A DNA stretch of 64,000 nucleotides from assembly GCA_023267855.1 (NCBI GenBank), contig JALNLN010000006.1:111-64110 (forward strand), given 5' to 3'. Made by a program: the position numbers and the translations under genes. The notes under the pieces were generated by a model, which made no database searches, was not told the origin of the DNA, and worked only from the letters and a program-made list of their open reading frames with translations. This document shows, piece by piece, positions 19,974-30,849 of this stretch; within the stretch, counting starts at the first letter, position 1, and each line of letters begins with the position of its first letter. This DNA comes from Candidatus Geocrenenecus dongiae. Lineage in GTDB: Archaea; Thermoproteota; Nitrososphaeria_A; Caldarchaeales; Wolframiiraptoraceae.

Positions 19974-20765
19974 ATGGTGGTTGTTTCTCCAAGCTTGGTA
20001 AGACAGAAAATTAAGCAGAACCCTCTTCTAGAAAAGGCTTTCATGATACTAGAAGGTAGCGTGGAAGTACAAGCATATCTTTCTATGGCTAATGTTACAG
20101 CTGTCCAGAGATTAATGTACAACGATCATGGCCCCGTCCATTCTAGGATAGTCTCTGGATCAGCTTTAGAAATCTTCGATATTCTCGTAGAAAATGGTTA
20201 TACTCCTTCTATTGTAAAAGACGGTGTTGGAGATGAGGTTGATGCCCGTATAGTAACAATGATAGGCGCATATCTCCACGATATAGGAAACGCTATCCAT
20301 AGGAGTCTACATCATATTACTGGAGTAGCAATAGCATCTAGATTCCTACCCCGTCTCCTCAAGAAGATATATGGAGATTATCTAAAAGCGTATAAACTGA
20401 CACCAGAGATACTGCACTGTATCCTCTCACATGATGAAAGAGAAAGAGCATTAAGTTTGGAAGCTGGAATATCTAAAGTAGCTGATGGAACAGACATGGC
20501 TGAAGGTAGAGCTCGTATTCCATATAGACATGGTAAATCAGATATACATGCTCTATCAGCTTTAGCTATCAAGAAGGTAGAGATTGTTAGAGGGGATTCC
20601 AAGAATAGACCTGTAAAGATAATAGTAGACATGGAGAATGAGGCTGGAATATTTCAGATAGAACAAGTACTAGGAATGAAGATACAAACATCTGGAATAG
20701 CGGATACGATTGAGATAGAAGCATTAAAAAATGGAGTGCACTTCAAGACAATAACGTTCAGATAA
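19974..20765 (+). CDS. HD-domain metal-dependent phosphohydrolase
   Basis: 263 aa. H...HD...H...D pattern (VHSRI, AYLHDIGN, LHHITG, SHDERE). Inserted between rps12 and rps7. Confidence 0.6.
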   Translation: MVVVSPSLVRQKIKQNPLLEKAFMILEGSVEVQAYLSMANVTAVQRLMYNDHGPVHSRIVSGSALEIFDILVENGYTPSIVKDGVGDEVDARIVTMIGAYLHDIGNAIHRSLHHITGVAIASRFLPRLLKKIYGDYLKAYKLTPEILHCILSHDERERALSLEAGISKVADGTDMAEGRARIPYRHGKSDIHALSALAIKKVEIVRGDSKNRPVKIIVDMENEAGIFQIEQVLGMKIQTSGIADTIEIEALKNGVHFKTITFR

Positions 20766-20842
20766 CTACACTATAAAGAAAAATAAAACCGGTAAAATGA
20801 AGGGTTTAAGAATAGCTAAATCTACAATCATCTTAGAAAAAT

Positions 20843-21424
20843 ATGTCTGAGGAACTAGTAGAAAAATTCAAGATCTTTGGAAAATGGAGTACAGAAGGAA
20901 TAGAGATCAGAGATCCGGGGTTAAAAAGGTACATTAACCTTAAGCCTACACTGATTCCCCACTCTGGAGGTAGGCATGAACATAGAAGATTTGGAAAAGC
21001 GGAAGTAAATATAGTTGAAAGACTTGCAAATATGTTTATGAGACCTGGGAGAAATGGTGGAAAGAAAACAAAAGCTCTCAAGATAGTTAGAAACGCTCTC
21101 GAAATAATACATCTAAGAACAGGTAGAAACCCTATAGAAGTCCTTGTTAGAGCATTAGAAAATGCAGCTCCAAGAGAAGATGTAACAAAATTAATCTACG
21201 GAGGAATACTTTACCTAAAAGCCGTAGACATATCTCCACAAAGGAGACTCGATCTAGCACTACGATACATATCACAGGGAGCTAGAGAATCTGCTTTCAG
21301 AAGTAAAAGAAAAGTAGAAGAAACATTAGCAGAAGAAATAATTCTTGCAGCAGAAAACGATAGTAAAAGCTACGCTATAAGAAAGAAAGTAGAACTAGAA
21401 AGAATGGCATATGCATCCAGATAA
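20843..21424 (+). CDS. rps7: Ribosomal protein S7 (uS7)
   Basis: 193 aa. S7 signatures ([26 protein letters not shown]). Confidence 0.9.
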   Translation: MSEELVEKFKIFGKWSTEGIEIRDPGLKRYINLKPTLIPHSGGRHEHRRFGKAEVNIVERLANMFMRPGRNGGKKTKALKIVRNALEIIHLRTGRNPIEVLVRALENAAPREDVTKLIYGGILYLKAVDISPQRRLDLALRYISQGARESAFRSKRKVEETLAEEIILAAENDSKSYAIRKKVELERMAYASR

Positions 21425-21594
21425 CAGCCTACACCAAAATCTAATCCAAACATCCTAATACTAGATGCATGTATGTTAATATTTATCTTCCCAGTAATCT
21501 TAAAAATGAAACATCCTTAGAAAGGGTTCTTATAATCTATTCTTAAAGATTAATGCCTGAATAGTTAATAACAAGTTTTCTAATCAGATTTTCT

Positions 21595-22557
21595 ATGAAA
21601 AATAGAGATAAAAATATTATTGTTGTTGCATTAGGTGGTAATGCTCTTCTTAGAAAAGGGCAGAAAGGTTCCTTCGAAGAACAGTATAACAATATTGTCC
21701 AGACTTGTAAGATACTGGCAGACATGGTTCAAGCTGGCTACAAACTTGTAATTACCCATGGAAATGGTCCACAAGTTGGAGCAACGATACTTAGACACGA
21801 TGCTGGAGAGAAACTGTACAATATACCGCCATTCCCGATGGATGTATGTGGAGCTGAAACACAAGGCTTCATAGGATACATGATACAACAAGCATTAACA
21901 AACGAGTTATCGAGAAGAGGTTTAAAGAAGAATATCGTGACAATCGTTACAAGAGTTGTAGTTGATAAGAATGATCCAGATTTCATCAACCCGAGTAAAC
22001 CTGTAGGCCCATTCTACACTTTTGAAGAAATGGAAAAGATAAAGAAGATTCATCCAGAATATGTTTTCAAGGAAGATAAGATGAGAGGCGGGTGGAGAAG
22101 AGTTGTACCATCACCTGATCCTAAATACATAGTTGAAGGACCAGCTGTCAAGACACTGATAGAAGCTGACTTCATAGTAATTGCAAGTGGAGGTGGAGGG
22201 ATACCGGTAGTAGAAGAAGATGGTACATATATTGGTGTCGAGGCTGTTATAGATAAAGACCTGGCTGGAGAGAGGCTTGCAACATTTATAGGTGCAAATA
22301 AATTCATAATACTAACAGACATAGATGCGGTCTACATAGATTACGGTAAGCCTACGCAGAGAAAGATAGACGTGATAAAAGCTATAGAACTTAAGAAACT
22401 ATACGACGAAGGACATTTCCCACCTGGAAGCATGGGACCAAAAGTTAAAGCAGCAATAAGATTTATAGAATCTGGTGGAGAAGAAGCAATTATAGCAGAA
22501 CTTACACAATTAATGGAAGCGATAGATAGGAAAGCTGGAACACATGTAATACCATGA
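21595..22557 (+). CDS. arcC: Carbamate kinase
   Basis: 320 aa. Amino-acid kinase fold with N-terminal IVVALGGNALL and C-terminal GGGGIPVV motifs characteristic of carbamate kinase. Confidence 0.75.
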   Translation: MKNRDKNIIVVALGGNALLRKGQKGSFEEQYNNIVQTCKILADMVQAGYKLVITHGNGPQVGATILRHDAGEKLYNIPPFPMDVCGAETQGFIGYMIQQALTNELSRRGLKKNIVTIVTRVVVDKNDPDFINPSKPVGPFYTFEEMEKIKKIHPEYVFKEDKMRGGWRRVVPSPDPKYIVEGPAVKTLIEADFIVIASGGGGIPVVEEDGTYIGVEAVIDKDLAGERLATFIGANKFIILTDIDAVYIDYGKPTQRKIDVIKAIELKKLYDEGHFPPGSMGPKVKAAIRFIESGGEEAIIAELTQLMEAIDRKAGTHVIP

Positions 22558-22639
22558 CCGTGTAGATTATTTCTTCACATGTTTTCGTTAGAATTTCATT
22601 AAGCTTAAATACTCGTCGTAGAATATTTTCTTTCGCTCT

Positions 22640-23935
22640 ATGATTATTAGAAGAGCTAAGATTAGAGGTAGAGATGGTTTATTTGATATTAGGATAGAAG
22701 ATAACGTTATAGCTGAGATCTCCTCCGATATTCAAGCTAGAGATGAAGAAGAAATTGATGTTGAAGGACGTTTGGTAACTCCCCCATTTATAGATATGCA
22801 CTTCCACTTAGATTCAGTATTAACTCTTGGAGATCCGAGATTTAATCAATCTGGAACACTTCTTGAAGGGATAGAAATTTGGTCCGAATATAAGAAGAAG
22901 CTTACCATTGAGGACATAGTAGATAGAGCTCGTAGAGCCTTAATGCTAATGATATCTTATGGTACAACAAGGATAAGAACGCATGCAGACGTAACCGACA
23001 AGAAATTAACAACAGTCAAGGGATTACTTGAAGTTAAACGTTTATTTAGAGATGTGGTAGATGTACAGATAACAGCTTTCCCACAAGATGGAATACTTAC
23101 AGAACCAGAGAATAGAGAATTATTAGAAAAGGCTGTAGAGATGGGCGCGGACAATGTGGGGATGATTCCTCATCTAGAGTATACTAGAGAAGATGGTGTT
23201 AAGTCAATAGACATAGCATTCGAGATAGCTAAAAGATATGATAAAGATATCGATGGACATGTAGATGAAACAGATGATGAACATTCCCGTTTCTTAGAAG
23301 TAGTTGCAGCAAAAACTATTAAAGAAAACTACATAGGTAGGGTAACAGCTGGACATGCAACCGCAATGCATTCTTACAATGATGCGTATGCTGACAAACT
23401 ATATAGACTACTTAGGAAAGCTGAGGTAACGATTGTTCCTAATCCTTTAATAAATATTCATCTTCAAGGTAGGTATGATAAGTATCCTAAAAGGAGGGGG
23501 CTGGCGAGAATAAAAGAATTGCTAGCAAATGGTGTTAATGTTGCTTTGGGCCATGATTGTATTATGGATCCATGGTATCCGCTGGGTAGGGGGGACATGA
23601 TGCTAGTACTCTTCATGGCGGTTCATGTAGCTCAGTTAATGGGATACGACGAGCTTATAAAATCTTTCGATCTCATTACAACCAATGCTGCTAAAGCGCT
23701 TAGAATAAATTCTATATATGGTGTGGAGAAAGGTAAGAAAGCAGATCTAATAGTTCTCGACGCATTTAACGAGATTGAAGCTTTAGCACATCTTAAGAGA
23801 CCGCTCTATGTAATAAAGAACGGGAAGATAATTTCTATGAAAACTAGAGAAGAAGTGGAAGTTGCAGACCCATTAACTGGTAAGCTAGTGAAATTTGATG
23901 AGAAGATGCTGAGAAAATCTTCCAGCTATTACTAG
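22640..23935 (+). CDS. Amidohydrolase of the cytosine deaminase / chlorohydrolase family
   Basis: 431 aa. Metal-binding HxH (DMHFHLD) and downstream His/Asp ligands (GHVDE, AGHAT, GHDCIMD), as in CodA-like amidohydrolases. Confidence 0.6.
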   Translation: MIIRRAKIRGRDGLFDIRIEDNVIAEISSDIQARDEEEIDVEGRLVTPPFIDMHFHLDSVLTLGDPRFNQSGTLLEGIEIWSEYKKKLTIEDIVDRARRALMLMISYGTTRIRTHADVTDKKLTTVKGLLEVKRLFRDVVDVQITAFPQDGILTEPENRELLEKAVEMGADNVGMIPHLEYTREDGVKSIDIAFEIAKRYDKDIDGHVDETDDEHSRFLEVVAAKTIKENYIGRVTAGHATAMHSYNDAYADKLYRLLRKAEVTIVPNPLINIHLQGRYDKYPKRRGLARIKELLANGVNVALGHDCIMDPWYPLGRGDMMLVLFMAVHVAQLMGYDELIKSFDLITTNAAKALRINSIYGVEKGKKADLIVLDAFNEIEALAHLKRPLYVIKNGKIISMKTREEVEVADPLTGKLVKFDEKMLRKSSSYY

Positions 23936-24046
23936 GATCAGGAAGGCCGTCTTCGAATATGTTACGTCTCTACATTATTCATTACCTAACGAAGTTCCAT
24001 GGATAAAATTAATTAATATTAAGAATCTTTGAATATACGTTCTCCG

Positions 24047-26200
24047 TTATTCTCTTCGGTATGGTTGGAGTAATGCTTTAGGTGGACGTACACGTTTCCC
24101 GAGTATAGTTGCGGCTCCAATTGTTATTATATATGGAACTGACTGGAAGAATTGATATGGTATTTGAATAACCGTTGCAACCAACCATGCCTGGACAGCG
24201 TTAAGCATTCCGAAGAAGATGCATGCGAGCCAAACCCATACCGGGTTCCAGTTACCTAGAATGACTAAAGCTAAGGCAATCCAGCTCCATTCTCCTCCAA
24301 CATTCAGATTGAAACTTCTCAAATCCATTAACGAATAGTAAGCTCCGCCAACGGCCATCAATGCTGAGCCGATAATCGCTGCAATATACCTAGAGAAGTG
24401 TACTCTGATCCCAGCTGCATCGACAGTTTTCGGATTTTCTCCTAAACCTCTTATTATCAATCCCCACCTAGTCCTAAATAATATGAATGCGATTATCGGG
24501 GCTAGAACATATATGCCGGCATACGTATAGAGAGTTTGTCTAAACAGTGTTCCAATCACTGGTAGAGAAGATAGTATCGGTATTGATAGTGAAGTAGTTG
24601 GAGGGACAGTGGGCTCGACGAGAGGTGAGCCTATTAGAACTCTATGAAAGAAGTAAGATAAGTTCATTGAGAAGAATGTTACAGCTATTCCTGCAATATG
24701 TTGCTGAACACCTATCGTTACAACTAGAAATGCTAGAAGTAGCCCTAAAGCTGCGCCGACTAATGCGGCGATAATTACTCCGTAGACCAAGTTTCCGAGA
24801 AAGTATGCTCCCATGAAGCCCCAGGCAGCCCCAGAGATCATTATTCCGAGTATGCCCAGATTTATCATGCCTGCCTTCTCTATAATATTCTCGCCTATAG
24901 CTGCGAAAACTATGGGGGCAGAGACTACTAAAGTTAAGCTCAATATACTTGAGATAATGGACTCTGGATAGCTTCCCTTAAATGCTGGGTAAACTAAGTC
25001 TAGTATAAAGAAGAATAAGACTACACTAGATGTAATTACTATTATTCTTTGAAGATTTTTATTCATAAATCTCTTAACTCCATCATTCGTCAAACTTGAA
25101 GTTGAAGATGGAAATCTTAGCTTAATTAGTGGAGACTTAGCTCTCGCATGTTTCGTTCTAATTAGTATTGGTCTATAGTTGATAAATATGCTGAAGACCA
25201 GTAGAAATATGAGTGTTTGAGCTTGTATTATATCTGAGAGGAAGCTTGGTACCCCTGTACTCCAGCTCATAGCGTTAGCTCCATTTATCAAAATGCTGAA
25301 GAATAATGCTGCAACCATAACTCCTATCGGGTTAAGGTTTCCAAGCATAGCTATAGCTAAAGCTACTAGACCATAGTTTGGACCTACGAAAGGTGTCATA
25401 TAGTATAGTATTCCCATTAATTCTACTGCTCCAGCTAGACCAGATATTCCACCACTAAGAAATGCTACCCAAAAATATGTTCTGGAAATATTTATTCCTT
25501 CAAGAATAGCTACTCTTGGAACTGTTACGGCAATAATCTTATTTCTAAAACTTGTGTAGTTAAGAATTAACCATACCATCACCAGTATTATGAACGGTAT
25601 TATAACACCTGCGTGAAGTCTTGTACCTGGTATCAGGATCGGAAGCTTAGCATTAATACCTATTTCTTGCGACTGGGGATATGTGGTGTAGGGAGAGCGG
25701 AGAGGCCCTGTCAAAAGACCTGCATTAATCAACAGTATAGCAGACCATATCAATATAGTTGTCAAAACTTCATCTTGATTTCTCTTAACCTTAAGCCACC
25801 AAGAGATTAAAGCGACAGCTGAACCACCCAACCACGCTACCAGTAAGATTAAGGGTATCAGAACATAGGAAGACAGACTTCTCAAGACTACTCCCAGCCA
25901 CGCTGCTATTAATCCACCTACAATAAATTGACCGTGAGTACCAATATTCCAAAACCTAGCTTTAAACGCTACAGTAATAGCTAGAGCCAATAATAGTAGA
26001 GGAGTTGATGTGACAAGTATCTCTGTAGGATAAGTCAGAGGCCATGTAATAAGATAGTAATACACCTTAAGTATATCTCCTCCAGCTATCAGGATATAGA
26101 CAGATGATGTAAGAATAGCCAGTAAAACTGAGATTATCGGTAATATTATCCGATACTTTAGTGGAAGAATTTCTTTTCTTACAAGTTTTAAACTAAACAA
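24047..26200 (-). CDS. ABC transporter permease, fused double-permease (simple-sugar/nucleoside BMP type)
   Basis: 717 aa, about 18-20 TM helices in two repeated halves. Directly downstream of the ATPase in an operon. Confidence 0.7.
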   Translation of the reverse strand: MFSLKLVRKEILPLKYRIILPIISVLLAILTSSVYILIAGGDILKVYYYLITWPLTYPTEILVTSTPLLLLALAITVAFKARFWNIGTHGQFIVGGLIAAWLGVVLRSLSSYVLIPLILLVAWLGGSAVALISWWLKVKRNQDEVLTTILIWSAILLINAGLLTGPLRSPYTTYPQSQEIGINAKLPILIPGTRLHAGVIIPFIILVMVWLILNYTSFRNKIIAVTVPRVAILEGINISRTYFWVAFLSGGISGLAGAVELMGILYYMTPFVGPNYGLVALAIAMLGNLNPIGVMVAALFFSILINGANAMSWSTGVPSFLSDIIQAQTLIFLLVFSIFINYRPILIRTKHARAKSPLIKLRFPSSTSSLTNDGVKRFMNKNLQRIIVITSSVVLFFFILDLVYPAFKGSYPESIISSILSLTLVVSAPIVFAAIGENIIEKAGMINLGILGIMISGAAWGFMGAYFLGNLVYGVIIAALVGAALGLLLAFLVVTIGVQQHIAGIAVTFFSMNLSYFFHRVLIGSPLVEPTVPPTTSLSIPILSSLPVIGTLFRQTLYTYAGIYVLAPIIAFILFRTRWGLIIRGLGENPKTVDAAGIRVHFSRYIAAIIGSALMAVGGAYYSLMDLRSFNLNVGGEWSWIALALVILGNWNPVWVWLACIFFGMLNAVQAWLVATVIQIPYQFFQSVPYIITIGAATILGKRVRPPKALLQPYRRE

Positions 26201-26202
26201 TT

Positions 26203-27726
26203 CTAAGTAACCCCGCTAACCATTAACCCTAATTTCTCCATAGTAACTTCTTCAGGTCTAAATGTTCCGATGATCCGTCCATCATACATTGCGGATATTC
26301 TGTCGCAGAATGCTACGAGTTCTTTTATATTTGGAGATATTATTATTGTAGTGAGACCTTTACTTCTTCTTTCATTAACTTTATCAAAGAACATTTTTGT
26401 CCCCATGGGGTCGAGCCCGACAGTTGGATGGAGAGCTATGAGGAGCTTCACATTACGCCCCATAACTCTTGCGAGATAGACTCTTTGCATGTTCCCCCCA
26501 GATAATGTTGTGATAGGAGATCTCAAATCTTTAGCAATGATTGAGTATTCTCTTATCAAACTTTCCGCCAGATTTTTCTTCTCTTTCTTATTTAATAATA
26601 TTCCTTTAAGATATGAGAATTTATCTTCACTACCTATGGTAAGATTGTCTTCAACAGATGCATCAGGGATTATCCCATCTCTAATTCTATCATCAGATAT
26701 GAATGCGACACCTTTCTTCTTCATTTGAAAAACATTTAGATTTGTGACATCTTCCCCAAATAACAGTATCTTACCAGATTCAGAACGTCTCAAACCATAA
26801 ATACATTCAGCGAGTTCTTTCTCTCCTGTTCCTGGTATGACTGCTATTCCATGAGCTTCGCCTACATACACTTCTAGATTTAAATTTTTAACCACGAGGT
26901 TTCCTTTATCATCTTTAACATTCAAGTTCATTACCTTAAGAGCATAGTCGTTTGTAACAGTTGCTGGAAGAGGTTTAATAGATTCTATAGATATCGTTAC
27001 GTCAAACATGGATTTAATTAATGCTGTTATGTCTAGGTTCTCAGATTTAAAGATAGACGAAATCTTCCCAGCAGTCATAACTATTATCTCGTCCGAAACA
27101 TCTATAACTTCAGCTAGGTCATGTGATATCATCAGTATGGTGAATCCTCTGGAAACCAGGTTTCTAAAGACCTCTTTAAGTATTTGTTTTTGTTGGATTG
27201 GGAGGAAAACAGTGGCCTCATCCAATATTAGCGTAGGCTTAACTCCTACCTCGTAAAATAATTCACAGAGGATTATTGCTTTAGCTATTTCGAATACTCT
27301 TAAGTGACTGATAGGTAGATCTTCAACTTTGGCATCTAGATCCACTTTCACTCCTATATCACCCATAAATTTTTCAACACGTCTTCTCAACCAGTCAACA
27401 TTGAAGAATATTCCAGGCATAGGTAGAGCTAAATGTTCAGCAAGTGTGAGACCTGGAGCAAGATTAGGGTTTTGCTCAACTTTCACTACACCCTCAAATA
27501 TGGCTGTATGAAAATCGTTTATCTTAACATCATGAACATATATCTCTCCCTTATCTGGAATCATGTAACCACTTATCAAATTCATTAGTGTCGATTTACC
27601 TGCACCGTTAGGTCCAACAATTCCATACACTTTACCTTCCCTAAGCTCTATAGATACATTATCGACGGCTACGACTCCGCCTGGAAATGTCTTACTGACT
27701 TCTCTTAATTTAACAACTGTGCTCAT
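26203..27726 (-). CDS. ABC transporter ATP-binding protein with duplicated ATPase domains
   Basis: 507 aa. Two Walker A motifs (GPNGAGKST; a degenerate second one) and two ABC signature motifs (LSGGNMQ). Confidence 0.85.
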   Translation of the reverse strand: MSTVVKLREVSKTFPGGVVAVDNVSIELREGKVYGIVGPNGAGKSTLMNLISGYMIPDKGEIYVHDVKINDFHTAIFEGVVKVEQNPNLAPGLTLAEHLALPMPGIFFNVDWLRRRVEKFMGDIGVKVDLDAKVEDLPISHLRVFEIAKAIILCELFYEVGVKPTLILDEATVFLPIQQKQILKEVFRNLVSRGFTILMISHDLAEVIDVSDEIIVMTAGKISSIFKSENLDITALIKSMFDVTISIESIKPLPATVTNDYALKVMNLNVKDDKGNLVVKNLNLEVYVGEAHGIAVIPGTGEKELAECIYGLRRSESGKILLFGEDVTNLNVFQMKKKGVAFISDDRIRDGIIPDASVEDNLTIGSEDKFSYLKGILLNKKEKKNLAESLIREYSIIAKDLRSPITTLSGGNMQRVYLARVMGRNVKLLIALHPTVGLDPMGTKMFFDKVNERRSKGLTTIIISPNIKELVAFCDRISAMYDGRIIGTFRPEEVTMEKLGLMVSGVT

Positions 27727-27875
27727 AACTGTTTTACCCCCTACGTCACTTTCCCACTTACGTAATAAATAAATAGTTAGCTATTAATGATTACGTCATT
27801 CAATGTAATGTTTATGTGATTTGGAAGATTCTGTTCCATGTGTTAAAAAATAGAAGTGTGTTAAAATTTAGTTGT

Positions 27876-29066
27876 TTAGAAATCTGATATTGGAGGAGTC
27901 TCGACAATAGGTATCCAGGTTTCTCCTTCCATTATCTTTTTCTCCCATTCTTTGACCAAGTTCAGTATTTCAAATGTTAATGGTGGTGACGGTTTTCCAA
28001 AATGATGGAAGTCAGCTAGGTAAGATCCCCCAAAACACATCCATGAATATGTTCCAAGATTATCGGCTGTCCATGTTCCTGCAAGAACTCGCTCAAAAGA
28101 AACCCTAACGGTTGGTCTCATATCCCAAACTAAACTCGTTATAGTTACTTCTGGAGCTCTTTCATATTGATCAGCCATATTTCCTATCGCCCAAACCTCT
28201 TTACCCCCAGTGTAAGCTTCTCTTGCTGCTTCTTCAGCTCCCACCCTCTCAGCAAAAATTACGTCTGCACCTAGATCTATTAATGTCTTCGCAAGTCTTT
28301 TAGCTGTAGCTGGATGATACCAAGGTGATTCGCCGGGTGGAATATTTCCTAGTAGGTAGACAACCTTCGCTTTTACATTAGGGTTAATAGTCTTAGCACC
28401 TAGAATGTATCCATTTACGATCCTGTTTACCTCATTTATCTCCATTGCAGCAACTACACCTATCTTATTTGTCTTAGTTATCTTCCCAGAGATTATTCCA
28501 GCTAGGAATGCCGGTTGATGTAACCAGTTGTCAAAGACGGCAAAGTTGGGAGAAGTCGGTAGATATTCACTTCCAGCAGCAAAAGCAACTTTCGGATACC
28601 TCTTTGCAACCCTCCTAGCAATATCTTCTTTCAAGAATGCATCTAAGAAAACTATGTCCGCCACTTTTGCAGCATCTTCTAAAGCTAGTTCATATTCTTT
28701 TGGATCAATCTTCCTATCTACGAATTGGTAATCTACTTTGATGCCCTTTGCTTCGAACTCATCTTTAACTGCAAGTATTGCTGTATGTATTGCTCCATCC
28801 CAAGGTTCACTAACAGGTGTTTGGAAAACAGCTCTAACTATAATCTCCTTCTTTGCGGGAGCACCAACAGTAGCTGTTACTGTCGTAGCTTCTGTAACGG
28901 TCTTAGTCGTAACTACGGTCTTCTCAGTAACTGGTGGAACGGCGCTTGAACCAGCATAATAACCTGCAACTCCTCCAACAACACCCGCTACGATAACGCC
29001 AGTAGCAACCTTAGCAGCAGTTGAGAGAGCTTCACGTCTATTAATCTTCTTTTCATCAAGAATCAT
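27876..29066 (-). CDS. BMP-family (basic membrane lipoprotein, PnrA-like) substrate-binding protein with N-terminal TM anchor and Thr/Val-rich linker
   Basis: 396 aa. N-terminal hydrophobic anchor, then a TEKTVVTTKTVTEATTVTATV low-complexity linker, then a periplasmic-binding-protein type I fold. Confidence 0.75.
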   Translation of the reverse strand: MILDEKKINRREALSTAAKVATGVIVAGVVGGVAGYYAGSSAVPPVTEKTVVTTKTVTEATTVTATVGAPAKKEIIVRAVFQTPVSEPWDGAIHTAILAVKDEFEAKGIKVDYQFVDRKIDPKEYELALEDAAKVADIVFLDAFLKEDIARRVAKRYPKVAFAAGSEYLPTSPNFAVFDNWLHQPAFLAGIISGKITKTNKIGVVAAMEINEVNRIVNGYILGAKTINPNVKAKVVYLLGNIPPGESPWYHPATAKRLAKTLIDLGADVIFAERVGAEEAAREAYTGGKEVWAIGNMADQYERAPEVTITSLVWDMRPTVRVSFERVLAGTWTADNLGTYSWMCFGGSYLADFHHFGKPSPPLTFEILNLVKEWEKKIMEGETWIPIVETPPISDF

Positions 29067-29440
29067 GTTAAGAAGATAGTAGGCAGGTTATATAAATATT
29101 CTCGTAGAATAATATAGAGGAATAGAATAAAACAAAGCTTTTAATTGTTTTCGTAGCAAAGCAATGTTTATGGAAAAAAGTCCATAGTAGATGATTTAAG
29201 TAATCAGTATGAAGAATTAGTACTATAGAAAATTTGAGATCTGAGATTTTGTCTTTCACTATGTATAGTTCTGTAGATTTTTAATAGTAGGGTTAAAATT
29301 TTAATTATCTTTTAGAAGATTTGATTCTTAAATAAAACTTCTTTTTATTTCATCTTTTCTCTAAATAGGTCGGTACAGTATTCTCTAGAGATGTCTGTGT
29401 AGACTGATTTCTAGGCCGATCTTTCTCAGACTGGTAAACT

Positions 29441-29448
29441 TTTATATT
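29441..29448 (+). promoter_or_regulatory. Candidate TATA box (TTTATATT) for tuf
   Basis: About 50 nt upstream of the tuf ATG at 29497. A GAGGTG SD sits at 29485-29490. Confidence 0.35.
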
Positions 29449-29496
29449 ATCCCACGTCTTTTAAAGTCTTGAAAGATTAGGTAAGAGGTGCTGGAA

Positions 29497-30795
29497 ATGT
29501 CGTCTAAACCTCATTTAAACTTGATAGTGGTTGGGCACGTAGATCATGGGAAATCTACGACTATGGGCCACTTCCTTACAAAACTTGGAGTAGTAGATCC
29601 TAGGATAATACAGCAGTACGAAGAAGAAGCTAAGAGGCTTGGAAAAGAGACATTCAAGTATGCATGGATACTTGATAGGATTAAAGAAGAGAGAGAACGT
29701 GGATTAACCATAGATTTAGCATTCCAAAGTTTTGAGACTAAGAAATATTACTTCACATTGATAGATGCACCTGGGCACAGAGACTTCGTGAAAAACATGA
29801 TTACGGGAGCAAGCCAGGCAGATTGCGCTATACTAGTAGTCTCAGCTAAGAAGGGAGAGTATGAAGTTGGGATATCTCCAGGAGGTCAGACAAGAGAACA
29901 TGCATTCCTACTCTTCATGCTCGGAATAAAACAGATAATAGTTTTAATAAACAAGATGGATGATCCAACCGTTAACTGGAGTAAAGAGAGATATGAAGAA
30001 GTTAAGCAAGGTGTCTCAGATCTATTGAAGAGAATAGGATTCGATGTATCTAAGATACCTTTCATACCGATATCTGGATGGCTTGGAGATAATCTAATTG
30101 AGAGAAGTGATAAGATGTCGTGGTATAACGGTCCAACACTTTACGAGGCGCTCGACGTATTCCAAGAACCACCTAAACCAATTGATAAACCTCTTAGAAT
30201 ACCTATACAAGCAGTATATTCTATTAAGGGTGTCGGAACAGTTCCAGTTGGACGTGTAGAGACAGGTGTACTGAAAGTTGGAGATACATTAATAATAATG
30301 CCCGCAGGTGTTAAAGGTGAAGTAAAATCTATTGAGATGCATCATCAACCATTACAGCAAGCTATTCCAGGAGACAATATAGGTTTTGCACTTAAAGGTG
30401 TGGAGAAGGCGCAAATACGTAGAGGGATGGTTGCAAGCCACGTAGATAACCCATGCTCCGTAGCAAAAGAATTCATAGCTCAAATAATAGTAATCTACCA
30501 TCCAACCGCTATAGCTGCAGGATACACACCAGTCATGCATATACATACTGCTCAGACGGCGGTAAAGTTCGTTGAGTTAATAGAAAAGATAGATCCTAGG
30601 ACTGGTCAAGTTGTTGAGAAGAATCCAAGCTTCTTGAAGACTGGTGATGCTGCTAGAGTAAGACTACAACCCTTACAGCCAACAGCTCTAGAAACTTATG
30701 CCGCGTTTCCGGAGCTTGGAAGATTTGCAATAAGAGATAGCGGTATGACGATAGCAGCGGGAATCGTAAGAGAAATAACGCAGAAAGGAGTATAA
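29497..30795 (+). CDS. tuf: Translation elongation factor 1-alpha
   Basis: GHVDHGKST P-loop, DAPGHRDF and NKMD motifs. The track start at 29488 is GTG; the ATG at 29497 gives MSSKPHLNLIV, matching archaeal aEF1A N-termini. Confidence 0.95.
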   Translation: MSSKPHLNLIVVGHVDHGKSTTMGHFLTKLGVVDPRIIQQYEEEAKRLGKETFKYAWILDRIKEERERGLTIDLAFQSFETKKYYFTLIDAPGHRDFVKNMITGASQADCAILVVSAKKGEYEVGISPGGQTREHAFLLFMLGIKQIIVLINKMDDPTVNWSKERYEEVKQGVSDLLKRIGFDVSKIPFIPISGWLGDNLIERSDKMSWYNGPTLYEALDVFQEPPKPIDKPLRIPIQAVYSIKGVGTVPVGRVETGVLKVGDTLIIMPAGVKGEVKSIEMHHQPLQQAIPGDNIGFALKGVEKAQIRRGMVASHVDNPCSVAKEFIAQIIVIYHPTAIAAGYTPVMHIHTAQTAVKFVELIEKIDPRTGQVVEKNPSFLKTGDAARVRLQPLQPTALETYAAFPELGRFAIRDSGMTIAAGIVREITQKGV

Positions 30796-30849
30796 AACAA
30801 GGAAATACTTTAACCCTAGAATAGAGAAGATAATTGTTCGAGGAGAGCG

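Noticed and set aside
29068-29259. 63-aa ORF in the long AT-rich region upstream of tuf
   Set aside because: Hydrophobic and low-complexity, with no SD or TATA in register. The region is better interpreted as divergent promoter DNA for the BMP gene and tuf.
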